Below, one piece after another: positions 45,260 to 53,342 of a stretch of DNA of 53,785 bases. Every line of letters begins with the position of its first letter. Position 1 is the stretch's first letter. This DNA comes from Candidatus Tayloriibacteriota bacterium (lineage in GTDB: Bacteria > Patescibacteriota > Minisyncoccia > Phycocordibacterales > PALSA-1337). Made by a program: the position numbers and the translations under genes. The notes under the pieces are model-generated. The model saw only the letters and a program-made list of their open reading frames with translations, made no database searches and was not told the DNA's origin. Where the stretch lies: NCBI GenBank assembly GCA_031384385.1, contig JANNAN010000019.1, forward strand, positions 1 to 53,785, given 5' to 3'.

Positions 45260-45331
45260 TGCTCTCAGTAGGAATCGAACCTACATTACAACTTCCGCAA
45301 AGTTGAGTCCTATCCATTGAACGATGAGAGC
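45260..45331 (-). tRNA. tRNA-Arg (anticodon GCG)
   Basis: Manual cloverleaf: GCTCTCA TC GTTC AATGGATA GGAC T CAACT TTGCGGA AGTTG TAAT GTAGG TTCGATT CCTAC TGAGAGC A. 72 nt; CCA not encoded. Confidence 0.85.
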
Positions 45332-45348
45332 GTAGAAGTAGACTAGCA

Positions 45349-45807
45349 TTAGAAACCAAAACGCTCAAGTAATTTTTGAAAAAGAGATTCACTGTGTTCT
45401 GTTTCAGAAATGTAATTTAAAAGAATGTCTCGCACTTGTTCTGGATCTACTTCTTCAATTGGGATTATGATATAAGGCATAAAGGTCTTATGGGATTTTA
45501 TCATTACTTTAGGATTTTGCTCTTCTGGATCAATCCAAAAAGAATCTAGTGTTAGAAAAGGGTAGAGAATATTATTTATAATAACTCCACGATCATTTAT
45601 TTCACAGTGAACAATTTTGGGCTTTTTTGATGCATGAACAATTAGAGCAAATGCACTAACTAAAATGAGTATTCCAAAAATTACATTATTTAAAATAAAA
45701 GCTAAAACAGCGGCAGTTATGGTAATAATACCAACTGACCAATACCAGTCATTATCTTTTTCGATATGTATATGTTCGGGTGCGTCCCAAGAGATAAGTG
45801 GTTGCAT
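45349..45807 (-). CDS. hypothetical two-TM membrane protein
   Basis: 152-aa ORF with TM helices WSVGIITITAAVLAFILNNVIFGILILVSAFALIV. No family recognised. Confidence 0.5.
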   Translation of the reverse strand: MQPLISWDAPEHIHIEKDNDWYWSVGIITITAAVLAFILNNVIFGILILVSAFALIVHASKKPKIVHCEINDRGVIINNILYPFLTLDSFWIDPEEQNPKVMIKSHKTFMPYIIIPIEEVDPEQVRDILLNYISETEHSESLFQKLLERFGF

Positions 45808-45889
45808 AGAAATAGTATAACATTATATTAAATCTTTTTTAAAGAGGTTGTTCACAGTTTTGAAGAATCAATTATGATATAATTTTATT

Positions 45890-46582
45890 ATGTTTTCTTA
45901 CTTATATTTTTTGGGAAGTATATACTTTCTTTTGTGGTGGTTTGTTTTATTTTTCTTTGGTAAAAAATGTAGAAAAGAGATATTTTTAATGAGTATCATC
46001 GGCTTAGTTTTTGCCCCCATGGTGCAATATATGCATCTTATTGATTGGTGGAGTCCAGTTTTTATACACAAAACCTTTCTTCATATCGAAGACTTAATTT
46101 TTGGTTTTAGTATTGTGGGCATAAGCACCTCCTTATATCATGTTTTTGTTAATTCTCATGAGAAAAAATATAAAAAACTTATTCCATCTAAAAAATATGA
46201 ATTAGTAATGTGGATTTTGGGTACGTTTTTATTATTCGGTCTATTTTTTGTATTTAGAGTGCATTCATTTTGGACTTCAATTATTGCGCTTATATTTACA
46301 TTTACTTTAACAATAATTAAAAGACACGATTTATTAATGCCCATGTTATTATCAGGAATTTTTCTAACAATTATTGCTACTCCTTTTTATTTATATGCGC
46401 TTTACATAAATCCTATGTGGATTAATCAAGAATGGTTTGTTGAAAGTCTTTCTGGCTACGGTTTTTGGGGTATACCAATTGAAGAATTAAGTTGGTATTT
46501 TTTCATTGGACTTTCTTTCTCAGCTTTATGGGAATTTATGAATGGACTTGTATTTATAAAGACAAGTAAAAAGAAGGTTTAA
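45890..46582 (+). CDS. polytopic membrane protein, lycopene-cyclase-domain-like
   Basis: 230 aa with ~7 TM helices. GIPIEELSWYFFIGLSF resembles the hPhEE motif of the CrtYc/d-type lycopene cyclase domain. Tentative. Confidence 0.4.
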   Translation: MFSYLYFLGSIYFLLWWFVLFFFGKKCRKEIFLMSIIGLVFAPMVQYMHLIDWWSPVFIHKTFLHIEDLIFGFSIVGISTSLYHVFVNSHEKKYKKLIPSKKYELVMWILGTFLLFGLFFVFRVHSFWTSIIALIFTFTLTIIKRHDLLMPMLLSGIFLTIIATPFYLYALYINPMWINQEWFVESLSGYGFWGIPIEELSWYFFIGLSFSALWEFMNGLVFIKTSKKKV

Positions 46583-46599
46583 ATGCGGGAACTATTTTG

Positions 46600-46686
46600 C
46601 GGATGGGGTGAGATTCGAACTCACGGCCCACTTGCGCGGGCGACAGTTTTCAAGACTGTTGCTTTAGACCACTCAGCCACCCATCC
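46600..46686 (-). tRNA. tRNA-Ser (anticodon TGA)
   Basis: 87 nt with acceptor GGATGGG/CCCATCC, anticodon stem-loop ACAGT CTTGAAA ACTGT, a long variable arm and T-arm GTGAG TTCGAAT CTCAC. CCA not encoded. Confidence 0.85.
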
Positions 46687-46747
46687 TTGGTGTATGAAGA
46701 TATTCTCACATTTTGCTACAAATTTCAACATAGAGTACACTGTCAGC

Positions 46748-47134
46748 ATGAGAATACTCGGAATTGACTATGGATCTAAGCGTGTAGGGATTGCACTTTC
46801 TGATGAAGGAAGACAATTTGGTATTCCTTTAATTACAATAAATAATTCAAAAAATACCCTAAAAGAGGTAATAGAAATTGCAAAAATAAACAATGTAAAA
46901 GAAATAGTAATAGGTGAATCAAAAAATTATAAAGGAGAAGCTAATACTATTCTTCCCGAAAGTTTAAACTTTAAAATGGATTTAGAAAAAGAAGGGTATA
47001 CGGTTTTTTTGGAGCCAGAATTCATGACAAGTATGAATGCGGAGAGATTTCAAGGTAAAACTGATATGCTTGATGCTTCAGCCGCAGCATTGATATTACA
47101 AAGTTTTTTGGATAAGGAAATGGCAAAGAATTAG
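46748..47134 (+). CDS. ruvX: putative pre-16S rRNA nuclease / Holliday junction resolvase-like YqgF (RuvX)
   Basis: MRILGIDYGSKRVGIALSD start. I placed the start at 46748 because the ORF-track N-terminal extension runs antisense through tRNA-Ser. Confidence 0.8.
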   Translation: MRILGIDYGSKRVGIALSDEGRQFGIPLITINNSKNTLKEVIEIAKINNVKEIVIGESKNYKGEANTILPESLNFKMDLEKEGYTVFLEPEFMTSMNAERFQGKTDMLDASAAALILQSFLDKEMAKN

Positions 47135-47160
47135 TATTATAATATATTAAAAATAAAATT

Positions 47161-47550
47161 ATGATTTCAATTGATGATTTTTCAAAAGTAGAATTAAGAG
47201 CTGGTAAAATTTTATCTGCTGAAAAAGTTCCAGATACAGATAAATTATTAAAATTATGTGTAGATTTTGCTGAAACTACTGAGTTTGTAAATGAACAGGG
47301 AATTAAAAGTATAATTTCAAAAACACGTCAAATAGTTTCTGGTATTTCTATATATTTCCCAGATCCTCAAACTTTGGTCGGCAGAACAGTGATGTTTGTT
47401 GCAAATCTTGAGCCTAGAATCATTCGTGGTCTAGAAAGTCAGGGCATGATACTTGCTGTTTCCACACCATCAACAGAAGAAAATCCATCTGGTGGTTTTT
47501 CTTTGCTTGAACCAAATTCAACAATTCCACCAGGCACTAAAGCAAAATAA
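47161..47550 (+). CDS. tRNA-binding domain protein (CsaA/Trbp111-like)
   Basis: 129 aa. FSKVELRAGKILSAEKVPDTDKLLKLCVDF and GLESQGMILA are typical of the OB-fold tRNA-binding domain. Confidence 0.75.
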   Translation: MISIDDFSKVELRAGKILSAEKVPDTDKLLKLCVDFAETTEFVNEQGIKSIISKTRQIVSGISIYFPDPQTLVGRTVMFVANLEPRIIRGLESQGMILAVSTPSTEENPSGGFSLLEPNSTIPPGTKAK

Positions 47551-47552
47551 AA

Positions 47553-48152
47553 ATGTCACTAATTTCTTATCTCGAACCATTAATAATAATTAAAACTCTA
47601 GGTCTTATAGGTGTTTCTTTAATTATTTTTGCTGAGTCAGGTCTTTTTTTTGGCTTCTTCCTTCCTGGAGATTCTTTACTTTTTACAGCAGGATTTATTG
47701 CGTCTCAGAATTTAATTTCAATTTGGTGGCTACTGTCTCTATCCTTTATTGCTGCTGTTTTGGGTGATAATTTGGGATATGCTTTTGGTAAAAAAACTGG
47801 GCCAATGATTTTTAAAAGAGAAGATTCTCTATTTTTTCATAAAAAACATATAGAAACAGCTTATAAATTTTATGAAAAATATGGCAAGAAAACTATCATT
47901 TTATCTAGATTCATACCTATTATTAGAACTTTTTCGCCTATAGTAGCTGGAATTGCACAAATGAATTATCAGACTTTCTTTATTTTTAATCTTTTGGGTG
48001 GTTTTCTATGGACATGGGGTATTCTTGGTCTCGGATATTTATTGGGTAATTTAATTCCAAATGCGGATAAATATTTAACACCGATTGTGTTGTTCATTAT
48101 TATCATTTCTTTCCTGCCTCCAATTGTTGAATTCTTAAAATATAAGAAATAA
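47553..48152 (+). CDS. DedA-family membrane protein
   Basis: FAESGLFFGFFLPGDSLLFTAGFIAS and SRFIPIIRTFSPIVAG are DedA/SNARE-associated motifs. Confidence 0.85.
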   Translation: MSLISYLEPLIIIKTLGLIGVSLIIFAESGLFFGFFLPGDSLLFTAGFIASQNLISIWWLLSLSFIAAVLGDNLGYAFGKKTGPMIFKREDSLFFHKKHIETAYKFYEKYGKKTIILSRFIPIIRTFSPIVAGIAQMNYQTFFIFNLLGGFLWTWGILGLGYLLGNLIPNADKYLTPIVLFIIIISFLPPIVEFLKYKK

Positions 48153-48194
48153 TTACTGTGGTATAATATTTAATAAATACTTGCATATTTACTT

Positions 48195-49133
48195 ATGTTA
48201 ACAAAAAAATTTTTTAAATTATTTCCTCCACCAAAATTTCTGAACACACCTTATGCTGGGCTAGATATTTCTAGTGACGCTATTTATTGTATTGAATACG
48301 CAGAAAATATAAAAGGGTATTCGATTCATCGATACGGTAAAAGAATTTTAGCCCCTGGAATAATAGAATCTGGACATATAAAAAATGAACCAGAATTGAT
48401 TAAGGCTATTACTTCACTTGCTCAAGAATTAAAAATTAAAACTGTTAGAGCATCCTTACCAGAAGAAAGAATGTATCTTTTTAAAACAGAAGTGCCTACT
48501 AGATATGAAAATGAAATCCGTCAAAATATAGAATTTAAACTTGAGGAAAATGTTCCTCTTTCTCCAGAAGATGCACTTTTCTTTTTTGATTTTATTCCAG
48601 AATCAATTACTAATCATAAACCCAATGTAAGTGTGTCTGTTGCGCCTAAAGATTTGGTTGAAAATTATTTAAGAATAATAAAATCTTCAGGACTAGATGT
48701 TATTGCTTTTGAAATTCAACCCAAAGCTATTGCTCACGCTGTTGTTCCAGATTTTTCTACGGAAACACAAATATTGGTTCATACCATGAATAAAAAAGTT
48801 GGTATTTATATTGTTTCTGGAGGGGTTGTTTGTTTCACTTCTACTATTGTTATGGATAAGGGTTCAGAAATTACGCTTCTTCAAAAAGAATTGAGTAGAG
48901 TTTATTCATACTGGATAGATTATGGTGGTGGTAAGCCTATCAATAGAATTATTTTGTCTGGATGTGATGCTTCTAGAATAGTTAAATCTTCACATATTTC
49001 TCCAGCACCTAATATTCCAGTGGAACTTGCCCAAGTATGGAGAAATGCTTTTTCAAGTGATCAATATATTCCAAAATTAAATTTTGAAGAATCATTAGAG
49101 TATGCTGTAGCTGCAGGATTAGCATTACCATAA
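48195..49133 (+). CDS. pilM: type IV pilus assembly protein PilM
   Basis: 312 aa, actin-like. GLDISSDAIYCIEY...ASLPEERMYLFKTEVP fits the PilM pattern. Followed by PilN/O-like bitopic proteins. Confidence 0.65.
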   Translation: MLTKKFFKLFPPPKFLNTPYAGLDISSDAIYCIEYAENIKGYSIHRYGKRILAPGIIESGHIKNEPELIKAITSLAQELKIKTVRASLPEERMYLFKTEVPTRYENEIRQNIEFKLEENVPLSPEDALFFFDFIPESITNHKPNVSVSVAPKDLVENYLRIIKSSGLDVIAFEIQPKAIAHAVVPDFSTETQILVHTMNKKVGIYIVSGGVVCFTSTIVMDKGSEITLLQKELSRVYSYWIDYGGGKPINRIILSGCDASRIVKSSHISPAPNIPVELAQVWRNAFSSDQYIPKLNFEESLEYAVAAGLALP

Positions 49134-49138
49134 TTTTT

Positions 49139-49696
49139 ATGTATTTTATTAGTCATTACACATTATTGCCAGAAAAAGAAATTAAATCTCTGAAAATAGA
49201 GTATCGAATTCGTATTTTAGTCGTTCTCCTTTTTTTCATTTCTTGTGCGATGATTATCGGTATCTGTTCTTTATTGCCATCATATATACTTTCATATGCT
49301 CAGGAGAAAAATTCAGTTCAAAAGGTTCAATCAATAAATGAATCTTTAGATAAGGACCATGATATTTTTTCAGCAGATTTACTTGGTAGTTATAAGATAA
49401 TAAAAAAAATTAAACTAGAACAAAATAATATTATTTTTTCAAACTATCTTAAGAAGATTGATTCATATAAGAATGATTTTATTGTATTTAATTCATTTCA
49501 ATTATCAAAATCTCAAGAAACATCTTCTTCTACTTCTGAAATGATTTTGCAGGGCAAAGCGAAAACTCGTAATTCTATTTTGCAATTCAAAAAAGTCTTA
49601 GAGAGTAATTCTGAAATTCTAAAAGTAGAATTACCCTTATCTGATCTTACAAAGAATAAGGATATAGATTTTGCTTTTCGAATAAAATTTAAATAA
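49139..49696 (+). CDS. pilN: PilN-like bitopic membrane protein
   Basis: 185 aa. An N-terminal LLPEKEIKS motif is followed by a single TM segment (ILVVLLFFISCAMIIGICSLL). Lies directly after pilM. Confidence 0.45.
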   Translation: MYFISHYTLLPEKEIKSLKIEYRIRILVVLLFFISCAMIIGICSLLPSYILSYAQEKNSVQKVQSINESLDKDHDIFSADLLGSYKIIKKIKLEQNNIIFSNYLKKIDSYKNDFIVFNSFQLSKSQETSSSTSEMILQGKAKTRNSILQFKKVLESNSEILKVELPLSDLTKNKDIDFAFRIKFK

Positions 49697-49700
49697 AAAC

Positions 49701-50240
49701 ATGAAGACAAATTCCAAACACTATACAGTAATAACTTTAGCGATAGGATCAGTGTTCCTATCTTCTTTCGGATATTGGTATATATATGGAATTGTTATAA
49801 AGCAGGCTGAAAATTACTCAAAAAGCCTTCAGGAAATTGCTTTGGTTGATACAAAAAAGCAGCAAATAAAAGATATTGCTAAAATGCATGAAGATACATT
49901 AAAAGCTCGAGAGCGTCTTTCAACATTTGTTCTAACAGATGATAAATTAATTAATTTTATAGAATTTGTTGAATCTATTGGTAATAGATCTTCTACTGAT
50001 ACCACTATTTCTTCTATAAAGAATGATGACTTATCTTCTGCAGAGAAGGGTACATTCGGACATTTGAAAGCAAGAATTGATATTAAAGGTTCATGGACAA
50101 ATATTATGAGAGCTCTTGTTTTGATTGAGAATCTTCCATATAGTCTTTCACTAAACAATATTGATTTAAATTTTAATAAGGCTGATAAAAATCCACAGTG
50201 GAATGTTCGCCTAGATATAGAAGTTTTAACAATAAAATAA
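49701..50240 (+). CDS. pilO: PilO-like bitopic membrane protein
   Basis: 179 aa with a single N-terminal TM segment, then a coiled coil and an alpha/beta domain. Assigned by position after pilMN. Confidence 0.4.
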   Translation: MKTNSKHYTVITLAIGSVFLSSFGYWYIYGIVIKQAENYSKSLQEIALVDTKKQQIKDIAKMHEDTLKARERLSTFVLTDDKLINFIEFVESIGNRSSTDTTISSIKNDDLSSAEKGTFGHLKARIDIKGSWTNIMRALVLIENLPYSLSLNNIDLNFNKADKNPQWNVRLDIEVLTIK

Positions 50241-50241
50241 T

Positions 50242-50526
50242 ATGAATTTATTTAAACAAAAATTTCTTCGTGTACCGCACCTCTCAATTTTAGCTAGTTT
50301 GCGTGAGAGTACAAAAAATCCCTTCGTAGATTGGATATTGATTCTTATTATCAGTGGTGTAATAGTATTATTGCTTATTATTAATAGTATAAATTTGCAT
50401 AAAAAAGTAGTTAATGGAGAAATTCAAAGTTCTGAAAATACAAATCTTAATTCTCCAAAAATATTTGATCAAAATGAATTAAAATCAATAATCAGTAAAT
50501 TTGACTCAAAAGCTTTGAATTTCTAG
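50242..50526 (+). CDS. small single-TM protein (pilus operon tail)
   Basis: 94 aa with TM segment WILILIISGVIVLLLIINSI. Its start is 1 nt after the previous stop. Confidence 0.4.
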   Translation: MNLFKQKFLRVPHLSILASLRESTKNPFVDWILILIISGVIVLLLIINSINLHKKVVNGEIQSSENTNLNSPKIFDQNELKSIISKFDSKALNF

Positions 50527-50635
50527 TATTTTCTGATATATTTTTAAATGAGGATGGAAAAGGGTAGATTGCTATAGTATTGTAGGGAATTAGTATTAAG
50601 AGAAATAAGTAAATGTGAGATTTCTTTTAAATCAT

Positions 50636-50710
50636 GCTCTTGTAGTTCAATGGATAGAACAGAACTCTTCTAAGGTTTTGATGTAGGTTCGATTCCTACC
50701 AAGAGCACCA
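50636..50710 (+). tRNA. tRNA-Arg (anticodon TCT), CCA encoded
   Basis: GCTCTTG TA GTTC AATGGATA GAAC A GAACT CTTCTAA GGTTT TGAT GTAGG TTCGATT CCTAC CAAGAGC A CCA. Confidence 0.9.
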
Positions 50711-50830
50711 AAATATAGCATATAACTGTTGATTAACTGTGGATTGTAAGTGGATAAATCATTGTATTTGCTATGAACATTGTTATATAATAGTAGTAGT
50801 GAATATTTATTATTAGTTAATATAAAGAAA

Positions 50831-51052
50831 ATGAAAGCATTACACTCAGTTGCATTTATGTTGGTTGTTATCGGAGGTTTGAATTGGTTACTAGTTGGTA
50901 TTGGCGTGGGAGATATCGTTGAATACCTTCCAGCTGTATTGGCTAAGATCGTTTACATTATTATTGGTCTATCAGCAATTCTTCTTGTTGTTACACACAA
51001 AAAATCATGTAAGGATTGTTGTTCAATGACTCCAGAAACTCCAACTGTTTAA
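50831..51052 (+). CDS. DUF378-family small membrane protein
   Basis: MKALHSVAFMLVVIGGLNWLLVGI...IVYIIIGLSAILLVV fits DUF378. I placed the start at 50831. Confidence 0.6.
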   Translation: MKALHSVAFMLVVIGGLNWLLVGIGVGDIVEYLPAVLAKIVYIIIGLSAILLVVTHKKSCKDCCSMTPETPTV

Positions 51053-51072
51053 ATAAGATAGTTAGAGAAAAC

Positions 51073-51099
51073 AAAAAACCCTCTGTATGAGGGTTTTTT
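51073..51099. terminator. bidirectional intrinsic terminator
   Basis: aaaaa-accctc-tgtat-gagggt-ttttt, between a plus-strand CDS and the minus-strand tRNA-Val. Confidence 0.65.
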
Positions 51100-51120
51100 G
51101 TTTTACTCAATGTTTAATTG

Positions 51121-51193
51121 TGCGCCCTAAGAGACTCGAACTCCTGACCTTCCCAGTGTAAATGGGTTGCTCTACCAACTGAGCTAAGGGCGC
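51121..51193 (-). tRNA. tRNA-Val (anticodon TAC)
   Basis: GCGCCCT TA GCTC AGTTGGTA GAGC A ACCCA TTTACAC TGGGA AGGTC AGGAG TTCGAGT CTCTT AGGGCGC A. 73 nt; CCA not encoded. Confidence 0.9.
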
Positions 51194-51248
51194 ATATAAT
51201 TAGACTTATCATAGATTATCGTATATTGTACTATTTATCAAGACTCAA

Positions 51249-52025
51249 ATGAAAAAAATAGAAAAATTAGACATATTATATGAAGACAAAGATATAGTGG
51301 CCGTTAATAAGCCCACTGGTATTGTTGTACATCCTGACGGAAAATCAAAAGGACCTTTTCTTACTGACTGGATTATAAAAAACTATCCAAAGACAAAAAA
51401 TGTTGGTGAGAAAATTGAAACAAAAGAATATGGAATAATAGAAAGACCAGGAATTGTACATAGATTGGACAGAGATACTTCTGGAGTAATTTTGATTGCA
51501 AAAACAAAAAAAGGTCATGCTTGTCTGAAAGAACAATTTCAAGATAGAACTTTAATTAAAAAATACTTAGCTTTTGTATATGGTGAAATTAAAGATCAAT
51601 ATGGAATTATAAATAGACCAATTGGTAGAAGTCCAAAAGATTTTCGTAGATGGTCTGCCACTCGAGGGGCAAGAGGGGAGATGAGAGATGCAGAAACTTG
51701 GTATAATGTTTTTTCATATAGATCAGGCTTCTCTTTTGTTGAAGTAGAGCCTAAAACAGGCCGTACTCATCAGATCCGTGTGCACTTTAAGGCTATTAAC
51801 CACCCCATAGTTTCAGATGGACTGTACGCATCTGAAAGGTTTGTGGATTCACAACCTGAAGATAATCTTGGTTTTAAACGCAATGCACTCCATGCATATT
51901 CAATAGATTTTACTAATACATTAGGAAAGAGGGTTTTGGTAAAAGCTCCTATTCCAAAAGATTTCATTAAAGCTTTAAAGGAGTTAGGTATCACAGAAGT
52001 TGCGAAAAAGAAGGGTCTGTGTTAG
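51249..52025 (+). CDS. RluA-family pseudouridine synthase
   Basis: Catalytic motif HRLDRDTSGVILIAKT, plus GRTHQIRVH. 258 aa with no S4 domain. Confidence 0.85.
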   Translation: MKKIEKLDILYEDKDIVAVNKPTGIVVHPDGKSKGPFLTDWIIKNYPKTKNVGEKIETKEYGIIERPGIVHRLDRDTSGVILIAKTKKGHACLKEQFQDRTLIKKYLAFVYGEIKDQYGIINRPIGRSPKDFRRWSATRGARGEMRDAETWYNVFSYRSGFSFVEVEPKTGRTHQIRVHFKAINHPIVSDGLYASERFVDSQPEDNLGFKRNALHAYSIDFTNTLGKRVLVKAPIPKDFIKALKELGITEVAKKKGLC

Positions 52026-52054
52026 ATTTGTGCTTACATTACAACATAATATTT

Positions 52055-52459
52055 ATGGCAACAAATACTAATATAATTTCATCTGTTAAGGTAGAAGAGC
52101 GAAAAACTCTGGATATTCGTCCTGGAGATACAGTTAAGGTTTGGCAAAAAATCCAAGAAAAAGGGAAGACAAGACTTCAGGCATTCGAGGGTCTAGTTCT
52201 TGCAAGAAAACACGGTACAGAGGCTGGTGCAACTTTTACAGTTAGAAAAGTTATTGACAGTGTTGGTGTTGAAAAGATTTTTCCATTATATTCTCCTATG
52301 ATTGATAAAGTTGAACTTCTCCGCCGTTCAAAGGTTCGTCGTGCAAAACTATACTTCGTAAGAGAAAAAGCTGCAAAAGAAATCCGAAAACAAATGAGAA
52401 GAATGTTAAATATTGAAAAGGCTGAATCAAGTACAGACACAAAAGAAGTAGTTGCTTAA
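52055..52459 (+). CDS. rplS: 50S ribosomal protein L19
   Basis: IRPGDTVKVWQKIQEKGKTRLQAFEGLVLARKHG...FTVRK are typical L19 motifs. I placed the start at the ATG at 52055. Confidence 0.85.
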   Translation: MATNTNIISSVKVEERKTLDIRPGDTVKVWQKIQEKGKTRLQAFEGLVLARKHGTEAGATFTVRKVIDSVGVEKIFPLYSPMIDKVELLRRSKVRRAKLYFVREKAAKEIRKQMRRMLNIEKAESSTDTKEVVA

Positions 52460-52464
52460 ATTTG

Positions 52465-52992
52465 ATGTTATATACTCGAAAGGGTGATAAGGGTACAACT
52501 AAAACATTTGGGTGTAATCAAAGAATTTCAAAGAGTTCAGCAATAGCTGAAGCGCTTGGTTCTCTTGATGAAATAAATTCTTTTTTAGGATTAGTCAAAG
52601 TAGAGGCTGATAAAAAAATATCAAAGGTGGTGCATTCTATTCAAGAAAATCTTTTCATAATTCAGGCAGAAGTTGCCGGATTTCCAAAACCATTATCAAA
52701 GGGTAAGGTAGAAGAAATAGAAAAAATAATTGATGATATAGAAAAGAAATTACCACCAATAAAAACCTTCTTTATTTCTGGTGGAACAAAAATGGGTGCA
52801 TTATTTGATACATCACGCACAATAGCTCGTCGAGCAGAAAGAAGAGTGGTTGAAATCTCAGAAGAGGGAAAACACAAAATATCAGATGAGACATTGGCAT
52901 ATTTAAATCGTCTTTCTAGTTTGTTGTATGCACTAGCTAGACTAAGTAACCATAAATCTGGTATAAATGAGGTATCACCGAAATATGAGTAG
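52465..52992 (+). CDS. PduO-type ATP:cob(I)alamin adenosyltransferase family protein
   Basis: MLYTRKGDKGTT N-terminus, plus ...RTIARRAERR... and LNRLSSLLYALAR helices. Confidence 0.8.
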   Translation: MLYTRKGDKGTTKTFGCNQRISKSSAIAEALGSLDEINSFLGLVKVEADKKISKVVHSIQENLFIIQAEVAGFPKPLSKGKVEEIEKIIDDIEKKLPPIKTFFISGGTKMGALFDTSRTIARRAERRVVEISEEGKHKISDETLAYLNRLSSLLYALARLSNHKSGINEVSPKYE

Positions 52993-53003
52993 GTGAGTTA
53001 TAT

Positions 53004-53078
53004 GGTGGCTATGGTGTAGCGGTAGCACAGAAGCTTGTGGAGCTTTTAGTCTGGGTTCAACTCCCAGTAGTCACCCCA
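53004..53078 (+). tRNA. tRNA-His (anticodon GTG) with genome-encoded G-1 and CCA
   Basis: G GTGGCTA ... GAAGC TTGTGGA GCTTT ... TAGTCAC C CCA. The extra 5' G opposite discriminator C is the tRNA-His identity feature. Confidence 0.85.
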
Positions 53079-53259
53079 AGAAAGAATTAGGTGAGCGAAA
53101 GCGACATTTCGCACCTCAACAGAACTGTATTCTTTCAGTCCTAACATCTCAAATTCAGCCCTAAATTTAGGGTATGCTTCCTAATACAATCATCTGTTCC
53201 TCATTGAATATTCTCTTGCTCATATATTTGATCTATTAATTATATATTAATTGTAATGT

Positions 53260-53293
53260 AAAAAGTGGGCACTTTATTTAGTGTCCACTTTTT
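53260..53293. terminator. intrinsic terminator hairpin (usable from both sides)
   Basis: aaaa-agtgggcac-tttattta-gtgtccact-tttt: a 9-bp stem (one G-U pair on the plus strand) with flanking A and T runs. Confidence 0.55.
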
Positions 53294-53342
53294 GGGGTAC
53301 AGATCAGAATGAGGTAGTCTTTTATTTCTAATTATTAATTAT

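Noticed and set aside
45198-45392. 64-aa minus-strand ORF.
   Set aside because: It reads straight through tRNA-Arg(GCG) (45260-45331) on the same strand and through the rpsT terminator, so it is spurious.
46583-46747. N-terminal 55-aa extension of the ruvX ORF.
   Set aside because: The extension is antisense to tRNA-Ser(TGA). The conserved RuvX start MRILGIDYG is at 46748.
226-52877. Numerous 60-170-aa ORFs nested antisense or out of frame inside long genes (for example 2474-2806, 3002-3337, 4361-4861, 12382-12654, 16640-17564, 28307-28741, 32982-33500, 35501-35932, 37138-37494).
   Set aside because: Each lies wholly inside a longer ORF with recognisable motifs or a signal peptide. Their translations are low-complexity or hydrophobic in the way typical of off-frame readings. 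There is no independent support.
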